Source: a bacterium (GTDB lineage: Bacteria; Patescibacteriota; Minisyncoccia; Sungbacterales; GWA2-42-14). Taken from it: DNA of 50,058 nucleotides. The position numbers and the translations under genes are program-made. The stretch spans positions 1 through 50,058 of the forward strand of contig JAUSFV010000010.1 in the NCBI GenBank assembly GCA_030649305.1. Reading direction: 5' to 3'. The notes below the pieces were generated by a model that was given only the letters and a program-made list of their open reading frames with translations, had not been told where the DNA came from and ran no database searches. Position 1 is the stretch's first letter. Every line of letters begins with the position of its first letter. Below are positions 38,023-46,752 of this stretch, one piece after another.

Positions 38023-38157
38023 ATGTCTGTTACCTACCAACCCAAAAGGAGAAAACGCAGCCGTACGCACGGGTTTCGCGTGCGGTCAAAAACCCCAGGC
38101 GGACGAAATATTTTACGGAGGCGCCGCGCAAAAGGGAGGCGCCGCCTCACGGTTTAA
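38023..38157 (+). CDS. rpmH: 50S ribosomal protein L34
   Basis: [21 protein letters not shown]...[10 protein letters not shown]. Confidence 0.95.
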   Translation: MSVTYQPKRRKRSRTHGFRVRSKTPGGRNILRRRRAKGRRRLTV

Positions 38158-38158
38158 C

Positions 38159-38509
38159 GTGCCGTCCTCCTCCTCTCATCGTTTAAAAAAGAACGCTGAC
38201 TTTCTCCATGTTTTGCGCGGAAGAACAAAAAAGTTTGAAGGAATATTCGGCAGGATGGTTGTGGCGGGGGGCCGGTCTTCCGTGGCCCGGTTTGGTTTTG
38301 TGGTTTCAAAGAAGGCATCGCCCCGCAGTACCGAGCGTAATCTTCTGAAGCGTCGTGCCTCCGAGTGGGTGCGGAAACGGCTTCCCTCCATGCGGGCGGG
38401 TTTTGATGTTATTTTTATTTTTGAAAAGGGCGCCACTTCTCTTTCTCGCCGCATCCTGTATGAAGAACTGGAACGCGCGTGCAAGCGCGCGGGACTTTTT
38501 CAAAATTAA
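38159..38509 (+). CDS. rnpA: ribonuclease P protein component
   Basis: RLKKNADF, RFGFVVSKK, RNLLKR. Follows rpmH. Confidence 0.92.
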   Translation: MPSSSSHRLKKNADFLHVLRGRTKKFEGIFGRMVVAGGRSSVARFGFVVSKKASPRSTERNLLKRRASEWVRKRLPSMRAGFDVIFIFEKGATSLSRRILYEELERACKRAGLFQN

Positions 38510-38512
38510 ACT

Positions 38513-38812
38513 ATGCGAACAGCAAAAACTCTTTTTTTATTTTGCATCTTCGTATATCAGAAAACCGTATCACCCGATCACGGAATATTTTTTTCCGCTC
38601 GAGGCGGATCCGCCTTCGGCGGATATTCATTGCGCCGCTGTCGTTTCTCCCCTTCTTGTTCAGAGTATAGCAGCGAGGCACTCCGTCAATATGGACTTTT
38701 GAAAGGTAGCGTGTTGTCTTTGGCAAGAATTTTTCGTTGCGGCCCGTGGAGTCGCGGCGGGTACGACCCCGTGCGGCAAAATTCCAAATTTCAAGCACCA
38801 AATTACAAATAA
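38513..38812 (+). CDS. yidD: membrane protein insertion efficiency factor
   Basis: YQKTVSP, CRFSPSCSEY, RIFRCGPW, GGYDP. Confidence 0.9.
   Translation: MRTAKTLFLFCIFVYQKTVSPDHGIFFSARGGSAFGGYSLRRCRFSPSCSEYSSEALRQYGLLKGSVLSLARIFRCGPWSRGGYDPVRQNSKFQAPNYK
38594..38623. repeat. 30-bp double-hairpin in-frame insertion in yidD
   Basis: TCCGCTCGAGGCGGATCCGCCTTCGGCGGA, read as SARGGSAFGG. Confidence 0.75.
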
Positions 38813-38903
38813 ATCTCAAACAGAAAAATTCCAGCGTGTTTAGAATTTCGGTCATTTGAATTTAGAATTTGTTTGTGATTTGGAATTTGTGATTTAGGTT
38901 TTT
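38778..38903. repeat. AAAT(T/C)NC heptamer inverted-repeat element at the yidD/yidC junction
   Basis: AAATTCC AAATTTC AAGCACC AAATTAC AAAT facing TTTGTGA TTTGGAA TTTGTGA TTTAGG. Supplies the yidD C-terminus and stop. Confidence 0.8.
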
Positions 38904-38908
38904 CGTCC

Positions 38909-39658
38909 ATGAATCCTCTTTCTTTTGTCTATCATACTTTTTTTTATCAACCGTTATTTAACGGCCTTATTTTGTTATATTTGGCGCTTCCGTATCAGGA
39001 TCTGGGTCTTGCCATTGTCGTTTTTGTTATTTTGGTACGCCTAATTCTTCTGCCGATTTCCGTGCATGGTGTGCGCACGCAAAAACGATTAGCGGAACTC
39101 CAGCCGCACATAAAAGAACTTCAGGAAAAACACAAAGAAGACAAAGAAGCGCTTTCCCGGGGCTTGATGGAATTATATAAAACACACAAAGTAAACCCCT
39201 TTTCCGGATGCGCTCCCCTGATTCTACAGGGCTTTTTTCTTTTCGCGCTCTATCGGATATTTTTTAATGGGTTCGGCCAAGATTCTCTTTCGGCGCTTTA
39301 TTCTTTTATCCAACAGCCCGGATTTATTAATCCGGTAAGCTTCGGGTTTTTGGATGTGTCGCAGTCAAATAAGATTCTTGCGATCCTCGCGGGCGTGTCG
39401 CAGTATGTGCAGGCGCTCGTCATGCCGCAACCTCCGGCGGGGGCGTCACGCGGAGGCCCGGATTTTCAAAAAATCCTTTCGTCCCAAATGAAATATTTTT
39501 TCCCGTTCCTCATCGCCACCATCTCTTGGTCGCTCCCGGCGGCCCTTCCCTTGTACTGGACGGTTTTAAACGTTTTTGGTATAGTACAGCAGATAGTTTT
39601 GGATAAAACACAAACAGACGCGAACAGTAATAAACACAAACAGACGCGAACCGATTAG
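38909..39658 (+). CDS. yidC: membrane protein insertase YidC (short form)
   Basis: GLAIV, RLILLP, LQP.IK.LQ, VNPFSGC, PAALPLYW. Confidence 0.93.
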   Translation: MNPLSFVYHTFFYQPLFNGLILLYLALPYQDLGLAIVVFVILVRLILLPISVHGVRTQKRLAELQPHIKELQEKHKEDKEALSRGLMELYKTHKVNPFSGCAPLILQGFFLFALYRIFFNGFGQDSLSALYSFIQQPGFINPVSFGFLDVSQSNKILAILAGVSQYVQALVMPQPPAGASRGGPDFQKILSSQMKYFFPFLIATISWSLPAALPLYWTVLNVFGIVQQIVLDKTQTDANSNKHKQTRTD

Positions 39659-39700
39659 CTGTTGGCGCCCGTTCGCTTCGCTGTTCGTGTCTGTTCGCGT
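39606..39700. repeat. ACAGACGCGAAC 10-mer inverted-repeat element at the yidC/jag junction
   Basis: AAACACAAACAGACGCGAAC twice, facing CTGTTCGTGTCTGTTCGCGT. Supplies the yidC tail. Confidence 0.8.
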
Positions 39701-39705
39701 ACATC

Positions 39706-40161
39706 ATGGAATCAATTAAAGAAAAATTAAACGAGTTTTTCGCGAAACTCGGCATTGAGGTTCAATATGAAATAACGCCCGCAAGCGGTACCGAGGTGCC
39801 CCAAGTTCGTGTTGCCACGGTGTATCCGGAAGACGCGAGGCTTCTTATTGGTGAGGGTGGACAGAATCTTGCGGCACTGGAACATCTCATACGCCGGCTG
39901 CTCTATAAAGATACGGTTGCTCCGCCGCCCGTGTTTGTCGACGTAAATGGATATCGCGCGCATCAGATTGAAGCATTGAAAGATGAGGTGCGCGATTGCG
40001 CAAAACGCGTGCGGCTCTATCGAAAAGAAATTCGCCTTCGGCCCATGTCTTCGTTTGAACGCCGGGTGGTACATATGGCACTTGCAGAATACCCGGACCT
40101 TACAACAGAAAGTATTGGGCAAGACCCTGCCCGTATGGTGGTGATTAAGCCGTATCCCTAA
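39706..40161 (+). CDS. jag: Jag/KhpB-like RNA-binding protein (KH + R3H)
   Basis: LIGEGGQNLAALEHL, DVNGYR, ERRVVH (R3H). Follows yidC. Confidence 0.88.
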   Translation: MESIKEKLNEFFAKLGIEVQYEITPASGTEVPQVRVATVYPEDARLLIGEGGQNLAALEHLIRRLLYKDTVAPPPVFVDVNGYRAHQIEALKDEVRDCAKRVRLYRKEIRLRPMSSFERRVVHMALAEYPDLTTESIGQDPARMVVIKPYP

Positions 40162-40223
40162 ACCAAATTTATTTCATAAATTTGGTCGGGCGACCAATCT
40201 CGCCGCGCGAGATTGGTTTAGCC
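40156..40223. repeat. two-hairpin structured element, copy B
   Basis: CCCTAAACCA-hairpin-TGGTCGGGCGA-hairpin-TTTAGCC. Contains the jag stop codon. Confidence 0.75.
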
Positions 40224-40258
40224 AAAACACAAAATGAAAATTGAAAAATTTCGGTAAT

Positions 40259-40286
40259 ACAAAAGCCGCCCAAGGGCGGCTTTTGT
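40259..40286. terminator. bidirectional intrinsic terminator
   Basis: ACAAAAGCCGCCC-AA-GGGCGGCTTTTGT. Confidence 0.8.
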
Positions 40287-40288
40287 GT

Positions 40289-41500
40289 TTATTTTAATTT
40301 CAGCCTCCAGAGCGTTAAATCGTTTTTATCCTGGAAGAAAAGATATTGTTCGTCAGGCGAGAGAAAAAGATTAATTGCATCAATCTGAGTTTTATCCGAA
40401 ATCCCTTCAGCGACGAGCGTATCCGGGGGAATTCGCACGAATTGGTCTTGAAGCGCCATATCTCCGCGGAGCCACGCATCGGGAAGATCGGCGTCATTTT
40501 GTGGGATGGCACAAAGAATGGTTTTTGCGTCTTTTGTGAAGACGCATTTTTCCGCAAGCGTTGGGGGCGTGATTGTTTTCGGAATTTCTCCCTTTTGGTT
40601 TGTGAGCGCGAGGGCAATGCGCCCGTCTTCTCCCACAAATGAGGTAAGGAGAGCAGCGCCGTCGGGGCTTGCAATTGTCATATTTCCCCGGATAGTACCG
40701 AATATTTTTTCAAGCGCTTTCGTTCCCGTATCAAACAAATACACAATGCCGGGCGACTGGTTTGAGGGCGCGGATTGCAGAAGAATTTTTTTTGGCGCGA
40801 TCCACAGAAGCGAAAAATCAGGAATCGGTGTTTCAAAGACCACGCGTGGAGTTTTTCCGTCTTCCGTCGCGGTAATGAGTTGCGTCGCGTCACCTTTTGG
40901 CAGGAGATACGCAAGCGAACGCGAGTCGGGAGAAAAATCAAACGAACGGATGTCCTTGGGGAGAAATACAACGCCAGTGGTTGCGGTTGTGTTGATAAAT
41001 CGTTTTACTGTTGTGCCTTCTTGATATGAAACAACACTGCGACGTTTTGCGTCTTGCCACACGACGTCAAACATTCCGACAATGGTAAGGGGCGAGACCT
41101 GTTCCGCGGCTCCTCCGGAAAAATCAATCATTTCTAATTTCCCTCCGCTTCGCACATAGTAAATTATTTTTCCGCCATCCGCGGTAAGGGTTGCGCCAAG
41201 GATTGGTTTTTTTACAATTTGCAGAAGTTCGGTCTCCACGGCTTCCTCGCCGTCGATTTCTCCGTCGGTTTCGCCACCGGTTCCTCCCTCTTCCTCAATG
41301 CCCCCAGGCGGTATTGTTGTATCTCCACCTCCTCCGCCTCCCCCTCCCGACTCACCGATTTGGGGCAGGATGCCGAAAAGATTTTTTACCGTTTTTGTTT
41401 TGTCGGGACGATTGATATACCACAGTATGCCGAGCGCGATTAAAATTACGGCGGCGGTGCCCCCGATGACAAGAATTAAAGTTTTTCGGTTTATAGTCAT
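40289..41500 (-). CDS. membrane-anchored beta-propeller-like (TolB-like) surface protein
   Basis: N-terminal TM, Gly/Glu linker, repeated SPD blade motifs. Confidence 0.7.
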   Translation of the reverse strand: MTINRKTLILVIGGTAAVILIALGILWYINRPDKTKTVKNLFGILPQIGESGGGGGGGGDTTIPPGGIEEEGGTGGETDGEIDGEEAVETELLQIVKKPILGATLTADGGKIIYYVRSGGKLEMIDFSGGAAEQVSPLTIVGMFDVVWQDAKRRSVVSYQEGTTVKRFINTTATTGVVFLPKDIRSFDFSPDSRSLAYLLPKGDATQLITATEDGKTPRVVFETPIPDFSLLWIAPKKILLQSAPSNQSPGIVYLFDTGTKALEKIFGTIRGNMTIASPDGAALLTSFVGEDGRIALALTNQKGEIPKTITPPTLAEKCVFTKDAKTILCAIPQNDADLPDAWLRGDMALQDQFVRIPPDTLVAEGISDKTQIDAINLFLSPDEQYLFFQDKNDLTLWRLKLK

Positions 41501-41512
41501 TAGTTTTACAAA

Positions 41513-41974
41513 CTATTGCTGTATTTTATTTAAATTCTTAGTAACGATACTTTGGAGATCAAACCCACCCACCAAATCCGTATTAATCGTGGAAAGAATA
41601 AGATAGCCGAACCCCGCGACAAGAATTCCCGCAATGCCGTTCCAAATTGCCTGTTTCGCGGTTCCGACGCGCGAAGGATTTCCCGCTGAAATAATATACA
41701 GCACCCCGCCATATACAATAGAACCCATTGCCGCAACCCCAACAAGGCCGAGGAGGAAATTATAGAGATTGCTCAAATAATCGCCGGGTTCCGTGGGGGT
41801 CGCATTTTCGGCTCCTGACCCAGAGGCCGCTCCTCCGGCGTTGCCGACGGTAACGCATACCTCATTAGGATTTCCGGTCTCACACGTGGTTTGTGCTTTC
41901 ACAAAAAACGGGCTTACTGCAATAAGTAAGACGAATGAAAGCAAGAATGATGATATAAAAGTAAAGCGAGCCAT
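41513..41974 (-). CDS. CPR pilin (VirB2/TrbC-like)
   Basis: Signal peptide, then YNFLLGLVG..A...IVYGGVLYIISAGNP..V..AK..IWN..G two-TM pilin pattern. Confidence 0.75.
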   Translation of the reverse strand: MARFTFISSFLLSFVLLIAVSPFFVKAQTTCETGNPNEVCVTVGNAGGAASGSGAENATPTEPGDYLSNLYNFLLGLVGVAAMGSIVYGGVLYIISAGNPSRVGTAKQAIWNGIAGILVAGFGYLILSTINTDLVGGFDLQSIVTKNLNKIQQ

Positions 41975-41989
41975 GTTATGATGCGAGTT

Positions 41990-43342
41990 TTACCTAAATT
42001 CTATATCGACTGACCGTTGTGTTTTTTGGATATCATCTTTTTTATTTTCCACCAAGACTGAAATTGTGTGGCGTCGTAGTGTATCAGCCGCGGACCGGAT
42101 CGTAAGGATGCGCGGCCGCTCGGCAGTACTTGGGATGGCATCGCCGTTAAGGTTCCAACGGAACGAAAGATCGGCTACGTTGCGAAGTGGAAAAAAGAAG
42201 GGTTCGGCGATAAGATCGATTGTTTCCCCGCCGCGCGCGGCTCTTAGGGTAAGCGCACGGATAAAATCGACTCCCTCAAGTGGTTTTAATTCATACACCC
42301 GCACAAATGGTTCAAGGGATGGAATCTCAATATTTTTTTCTTTGTCAATGGAGCCGCTTGTATTTTGTACGCGCACTGCTATGGTTTCGCGCACTCCCAA
42401 GAATTGCGGGGTAAAACGAAAAACATTTTTTCCGACACCCGATTGCGCGCCGATGTAATTATCATTGAAGCGCCATGTATACAAAAGCGTTCGCGGATTC
42501 ACGCCGGGAAGATTGGGGAGAGCCGTAATGTGCACATCGCTTCCGATTGAAGGAAGGGCTTTCCCGCGATACCACGAGGGCGTTGTGGAATCAGCCCACC
42601 AATAAAGCGGCATATCAAAAGAGCGCACCGCGGTTGTTTTGGAGAGTGCCGTGCCCGTCGGCGGCGTTACCGTAACGCTGATGGAATAATTCGTTCCGGT
42701 TTTACCCGCGGTGAATGTGTGTGATTTCGCGCCAATCCCCTGCGTATCGCGCGGGGCAACGCCGTTCACAACCCAGCGAAACGACGAGCGGTCAAGGTCA
42801 ATGTCGGATGAGCGTACGCTCACGGTTATAACCTCTCCCGGGTCGGGATTATTGGAGGGAAGTGCTAAAAGTTCAATGGAGCGCGTTTCAATCCCGGGGA
42901 TGCCGCCGCCCGGCGTTGTTCCTGGCGCGCCACCCGCACCCGGCACGCCCCCTTCGGGAAGCGTCACAACGGAGAGTGGAAGTGTTTGTTGGGCATCGGC
43001 AAATTCTCCGCCCGGTTTTACCACAAGCCGCATTGTGATAGTGGTAAGCCCCAGGGTTTCAGAGGCGCTTGCGGTAAGGGAGTAGGTGCCCTTTCCTACC
43101 CCTGAGTTTGCCGAATCCAGAACGCCATTTTTATACCACTCAAACACGGCCGTTGAGGCATCAAAATTTATTGGTGTAACATTGATAAAAACGGTGTCCC
43201 CGCGGAAAATCACGGGCGGATCAACGTCAATGGTATAGACGGGCTGGGTAAGCGCGTATACGTTTCCGAAAAAAAGCAAAGAGCCCGCGAAGACGCTTCC
43301 GGAAAGAAGGAAGATAAGAAAGAGTTTTTCCCGTTTACCCAT
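41990..43342 (-). CDS. secreted protein with tandem Ig-like/PKD-like domains
   Basis: Signal peptide and repeated W..NG....G.GK beta-sandwich units. ATG 43342 follows the extended -10 TGGTATAAT. Confidence 0.7.
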   Translation of the reverse strand: MGKREKLFLIFLLSGSVFAGSLLFFGNVYALTQPVYTIDVDPPVIFRGDTVFINVTPINFDASTAVFEWYKNGVLDSANSGVGKGTYSLTASASETLGLTTITMRLVVKPGGEFADAQQTLPLSVVTLPEGGVPGAGGAPGTTPGGGIPGIETRSIELLALPSNNPDPGEVITVSVRSSDIDLDRSSFRWVVNGVAPRDTQGIGAKSHTFTAGKTGTNYSISVTVTPPTGTALSKTTAVRSFDMPLYWWADSTTPSWYRGKALPSIGSDVHITALPNLPGVNPRTLLYTWRFNDNYIGAQSGVGKNVFRFTPQFLGVRETIAVRVQNTSGSIDKEKNIEIPSLEPFVRVYELKPLEGVDFIRALTLRAARGGETIDLIAEPFFFPLRNVADLSFRWNLNGDAIPSTAERPRILTIRSAADTLRRHTISVLVENKKDDIQKTQRSVDIEFR

Positions 43343-43387
43343 TTTCTTTATTATACCACGTTGTGCTTCGTATTTCATGTCGTATAG

Positions 43388-43879
43388 TTAGCTATTTGCT
43401 TTATAAATAGCCCATACCAGCCACGGAAGTGTCAGGACGCCGGTGCTTGGGATAATGCCGAGAATAAGCGGGAGAAAGAACGCGGCGGATTTTCCGGCAA
43501 CCGGTATTTGTTCAATTGCGGCCGACGCTTTTTCTCCGGGGTCTAGGGCCGCCGCCGCTTTTTTTCCCGCAAACGGCAGTTTAGAGGACAGCCCGAGTGT
43601 TGGCGGTTTTAATCCCGACACAGTCCACCAAAGAAATATAAATCCGACCCCGATACCGTTTAAGATAAATCCGATACCCGGAATTGCGCTTAATACTCCG
43701 AAAAATAACGCGACCATTCCCATTAAAAATCCTGTTCCCCAATCCATTTTTTTTTCGCGTTGGAGCGTCGGCGCCTCCGGTTCATCGGGTTCTTCCTCCG
43801 CTTCTTCCCCGGCGTCTTGATTTTGCGCCTCCGCAAGACGCGCAGCGTTTTCATATTCGTTTGTTGCGGTATCTGCCAT
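43388..43879 (-). CDS. hypothetical membrane protein
   Basis: Acidic N-terminus and three to four hydrophobic segments. Lies in the VirB4 operon. Confidence 0.65.
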   Translation of the reverse strand: MADTATNEYENAARLAEAQNQDAGEEAEEEPDEPEAPTLQREKKMDWGTGFLMGMVALFFGVLSAIPGIGFILNGIGVGFIFLWWTVSGLKPPTLGLSSKLPFAGKKAAAALDPGEKASAAIEQIPVAGKSAAFFLPLILGIIPSTGVLTLPWLVWAIYKANS

Positions 43880-43886
43880 ATTTTTT

Positions 43887-43960
43887 AATTCATGAATGAC
43901 GAATTAGGAATTGGGGACCTTGGCTGTTCCTGGTTCATAATTCTTACTTCCTGATTCCTG
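43887..43960. repeat. CAGGAAT/ATTCCTA heptamer hairpin forming the virB4 3' end
   Basis: Minus strand CAGGAAT CAGGAAG TAAGAAT TATGAAC CAGGAAC ... CCAATT CCTAATT CGTCATT CATG. Confidence 0.7.
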
Positions 43961-45784
43961 TGTAGCGTGTTGTTCCGAAAACTCCTCCTTTGCCTTCTTA
44001 ATTAATAAAAGCTGGGCCGGGTCTGACGTGATGATTTGGTCTTCGGTGTATGACGCAATGATTTTTATGGCAACGTGTTTCAGCCCCGCGAAAAACATTC
44101 CTTCTCCTACCTCGGACTCAAGCAATAAAAACTTTTCTTCCTCCGTAAGGTTGAATGTTTCCACCAGTTTTTGGATGGTTGCGGGCGACTGTTTGAGTAA
44201 AAGCTGAATGGATGAGTTTGTCACAATCGGTTTGCCGTAAGGCGATTCCATAAAGTCGGCCACATCCTGTGTTATGGTTGTGAGTCCTAAGTAATATTTG
44301 CGCGCGCGCTTGGCGATGCTGTATAAAAACGATGCGCCATCCTCCCGCCGCATCAGCCACCACGCCTCATCCACGACAAGAAGCCGCTTTTTCAATTCGG
44401 CGCGGACGGTGTTCCAGATAAAATGAAGCACGATATACATTGCAACATCGCGCAGCTCCTCCTCCATGTCGCGAACCGAAAATACAATGAGGCGGTTTCG
44501 CACATCCACGTTTGTGTGCTGGTTAATGAATCCCGCCCAGGTACCCTCGGTATATTTTTTGAGGCGTGTCGCGAGCGACTCTCCCCCCTCGGTGTTTGCG
44601 AGAACAAGGGCTAAGTCAGACAAAAGCGGCGGGGTTGTTTTGGAAAAATCGGTTTCGGGAGTAATGTCGCGTGAGGCGTAGGTCTCGGTAATGGCGCGGT
44701 CAAGCACGGAGTCTTCTTCCGGCGAAAGCCCGCCGAGCATTATCCGGAAGAGGCCAATGATGCTGATAATGTTTGAGCGAAGCACATCTGCGGGCGACTC
44801 GTCATCCCGCGGGGGCGGCAAATCAAAGGGGTTGATGTGGTGCTGCGAGGTAAGCGAGATATTGAAGTAGGACCCGCCAACGGTTTCGGCAAGAAATTGG
44901 TATTCGCGCTCGGGGTCAATAATAAGTACATCCACCCCAAACATGAGCGAGCGAAGAACCTCAAGTTTTGTCGCGTATGATTTCCCGGCGCCCGACGTCG
45001 CGAAGGTAATTGAGTTTGCGTTTGGGAGTGAGAAGCGGTCAAACAAAATGAGGGAATTATTGTGCCGGTTGATGCCGTACAGGATTCCCTTATTTGAGGT
45101 GAGGTCAAAAGAAACAAAAGGAAAGGTGCTTGAGATGGCAGCCGAATTTAAATAGGTGTGTATCAGAAGCTGGTCGTTATTGATGGGGAGCGTTGAATTA
45201 AATCCCTCTTCCTGTTGAAAGAGCGCCGGTTTCGCGTACACAAGCTTTGATTCAAGTATGGTTCGGATCTGGCCTTCGGTTTTGTTCAGCTCTTCCTCCG
45301 CGTCAGCATACATCGTTATGTAGAGGCCGAAGTTAAACAATCGTTCTTGTGCTTGTTGGAGTTTGTCGCGGAGATCCTCAAGGTCGCGGTAGGCGGTATC
45401 CAAAATCGGGTCGCGCACCAACCCTTTTTCTTCGCGGTCAACAATTTGTGATTGCACCCGCGCCACTTGCTTGCGGAGGTCTTTCAAAATGGTTGAGGTG
45501 TCAATCGGATGCACGAAGAGCGAAATATCAAAGACGCGGTCCATATTAATAATGGGCGAGAACCAGTTGGTGTGTAGATACCGCGGGTAGGAGAAAACAA
45601 AAATCGTTCGGCTGAATTTCTCACCCAGGCGCAGAAAACTCGGGTTTACTTCCAGGGCGGAGGGCGAGACGATGTCTTTGAGGGTCAGTTCGCCCTGTTC
45701 AAAAATTTCCTGCGGAAAAACAGCAAGAACTTCCTGTTCCGTTTTTTTGCTTTCTTTGGGTTTTAGTAAATCGAGGATTGCCAT
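43904..45784 (-). CDS. VirB4-like type IV secretion ATPase
   Basis: LYGIN, Walker A ATSGAGKS, IIDPEREY, INPFD, Walker B VVDEAW, RARKY, TQ. Confidence 0.92.
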   Translation of the reverse strand: MAILDLLKPKESKKTEQEVLAVFPQEIFEQGELTLKDIVSPSALEVNPSFLRLGEKFSRTIFVFSYPRYLHTNWFSPIINMDRVFDISLFVHPIDTSTILKDLRKQVARVQSQIVDREEKGLVRDPILDTAYRDLEDLRDKLQQAQERLFNFGLYITMYADAEEELNKTEGQIRTILESKLVYAKPALFQQEEGFNSTLPINNDQLLIHTYLNSAAISSTFPFVSFDLTSNKGILYGINRHNNSLILFDRFSLPNANSITFATSGAGKSYATKLEVLRSLMFGVDVLIIDPEREYQFLAETVGGSYFNISLTSQHHINPFDLPPPRDDESPADVLRSNIISIIGLFRIMLGGLSPEEDSVLDRAITETYASRDITPETDFSKTTPPLLSDLALVLANTEGGESLATRLKKYTEGTWAGFINQHTNVDVRNRLIVFSVRDMEEELRDVAMYIVLHFIWNTVRAELKKRLLVVDEAWWLMRREDGASFLYSIAKRARKYYLGLTTITQDVADFMESPYGKPIVTNSSIQLLLKQSPATIQKLVETFNLTEEEKFLLLESEVGEGMFFAGLKHVAIKIIASYTEDQIITSDPAQLLLIKKAKEEFSEQHATQESGSKNYEPGTAKVPNS

Positions 45785-45795
45785 GCCAATGTTGT

Positions 45796-45892
45796 CCCTG
45801 TTAGATAACGAGGAGCTTGGTGCTTATAACTAAAACAATATTTTTCTTGATATCACAGTAAATCACGAATTTTAAATTTTTATCTAACGGGG
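45796..45892. mobile_element. MITE-like element, CCCCGTTAGA family, copy 5 (97 bp)
   Basis: CCCTGTTAGATAA / TTATCTAACGGGG. No clear target duplication. Confidence 0.7.
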
Positions 45893-45906
45893 CTACAACA
45901 TTGAGC

Positions 45907-46035
45907 ACCGCGCACATAAAATGGTATTGCGTGTACGCCCAATAAAGGCGCGGGGGCGATTCATGACTCATTGCGAAATGATTACAAATCTTTCTTACGA
46001 ACCACGCAGGCGTCATACCATTTTATGTGCGCGGT
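45907..46035. mobile_element. 129-bp element with perfect 21-bp TIRs
   Basis: ACCGCGCACATAAAATGGTAT / ATACCATTTTATGTGCGCGGT. Homologous to 28562-28693. Confidence 0.8.
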
Positions 46036-46093
46036 AAAGGTTTGACAGCTACAATTTTTTCGTCTGATGACTCAAAATTGCAGGTCAAGCCCC

Positions 46094-46747
46094 TTACTTT
46101 TCCCTCGCCGCCTGCTCCGTCGGGTTATATAATCCGTAAAAAAGTTCTATCAGCTCCTCGGTGTTAAGGGGGGCGGTTCGGACGCCGATACGCACCAAAC
46201 CGAGCGATACTTCATCCACCCGCTGAAAAAGCTGGGCTTTAAATTCGGCAAACTGGTCCTGCTCGTTTGTTTTTTTCTGGGATGCTGAGGGGGGCTTGAG
46301 AAACGACGTAAGCGACCCCATGAGGCCTTTCCGGGTTATAACCGACGGGTTAAAAGGAACAATGACATAAAATGTTTTTGCGACGATATTGGAAAGCTCC
46401 ACGAAGCTTTTTACGAAATCAACATATTCTTCTATTTGGATTTTAAGGAGTTCGTTTGGTTCTTCTTTTACGCGGTCTTTGAGCGTATCAAGATAGGGAA
46501 CGATATTAAGTTTTCGCGAATGGGTTACGAATTGGATTGAAAAATCAAGCGAGTTTAAAAAATTCTGGTATTGAAACGTAATCGCGTCCTGCTCATCTTC
46601 CGATTTAAGCGCGAAGTTGAGAGAGGACGCCATAAGGACAGCGCGAATTCCGCTGTCTTTCATGACAACGACGCCGTCCCGGATTGAATCAATATTGATG
46701 AAATCCTGCGCGGATTTTGCTTGTGCAGATTTTTTTGATTCGGCCAT
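46094..46747 (-). CDS. conserved T4SS-locus protein preceding VirB4 (VirB4 N-terminal-like)
   Basis: SAQDFI..IRDGVV, SLNFALKSEDEQ, FLNSLDF, FYVIVPF, L.TEELIELFY..YNP. Start at ATG 46747. Confidence 0.75.
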   Translation of the reverse strand: MAESKKSAQAKSAQDFINIDSIRDGVVVMKDSGIRAVLMASSLNFALKSEDEQDAITFQYQNFLNSLDFSIQFVTHSRKLNIVPYLDTLKDRVKEEPNELLKIQIEEYVDFVKSFVELSNIVAKTFYVIVPFNPSVITRKGLMGSLTSFLKPPSASQKKTNEQDQFAEFKAQLFQRVDEVSLGLVRIGVRTAPLNTEELIELFYGLYNPTEQAAREK

Positions 46748-46752
46748 AATAT

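Larger units (their letters stand above)
45782..46096 (-). mobile_element. nested stop-to-start intergenic element, copy C, carrying two inserts
   Basis: CATGCCAATGTTGT[45796-45892]CTACAACATTGAGC[45907-46035]AAAGGTTTG...CAAGCCCCTTA. Confidence 0.8.

Noticed and set aside
12790-43960. A-rich arm always first as evidence of orientation to transcription
   Set aside because: For an inverted repeat this order is the same on both strands, so it carries no information.
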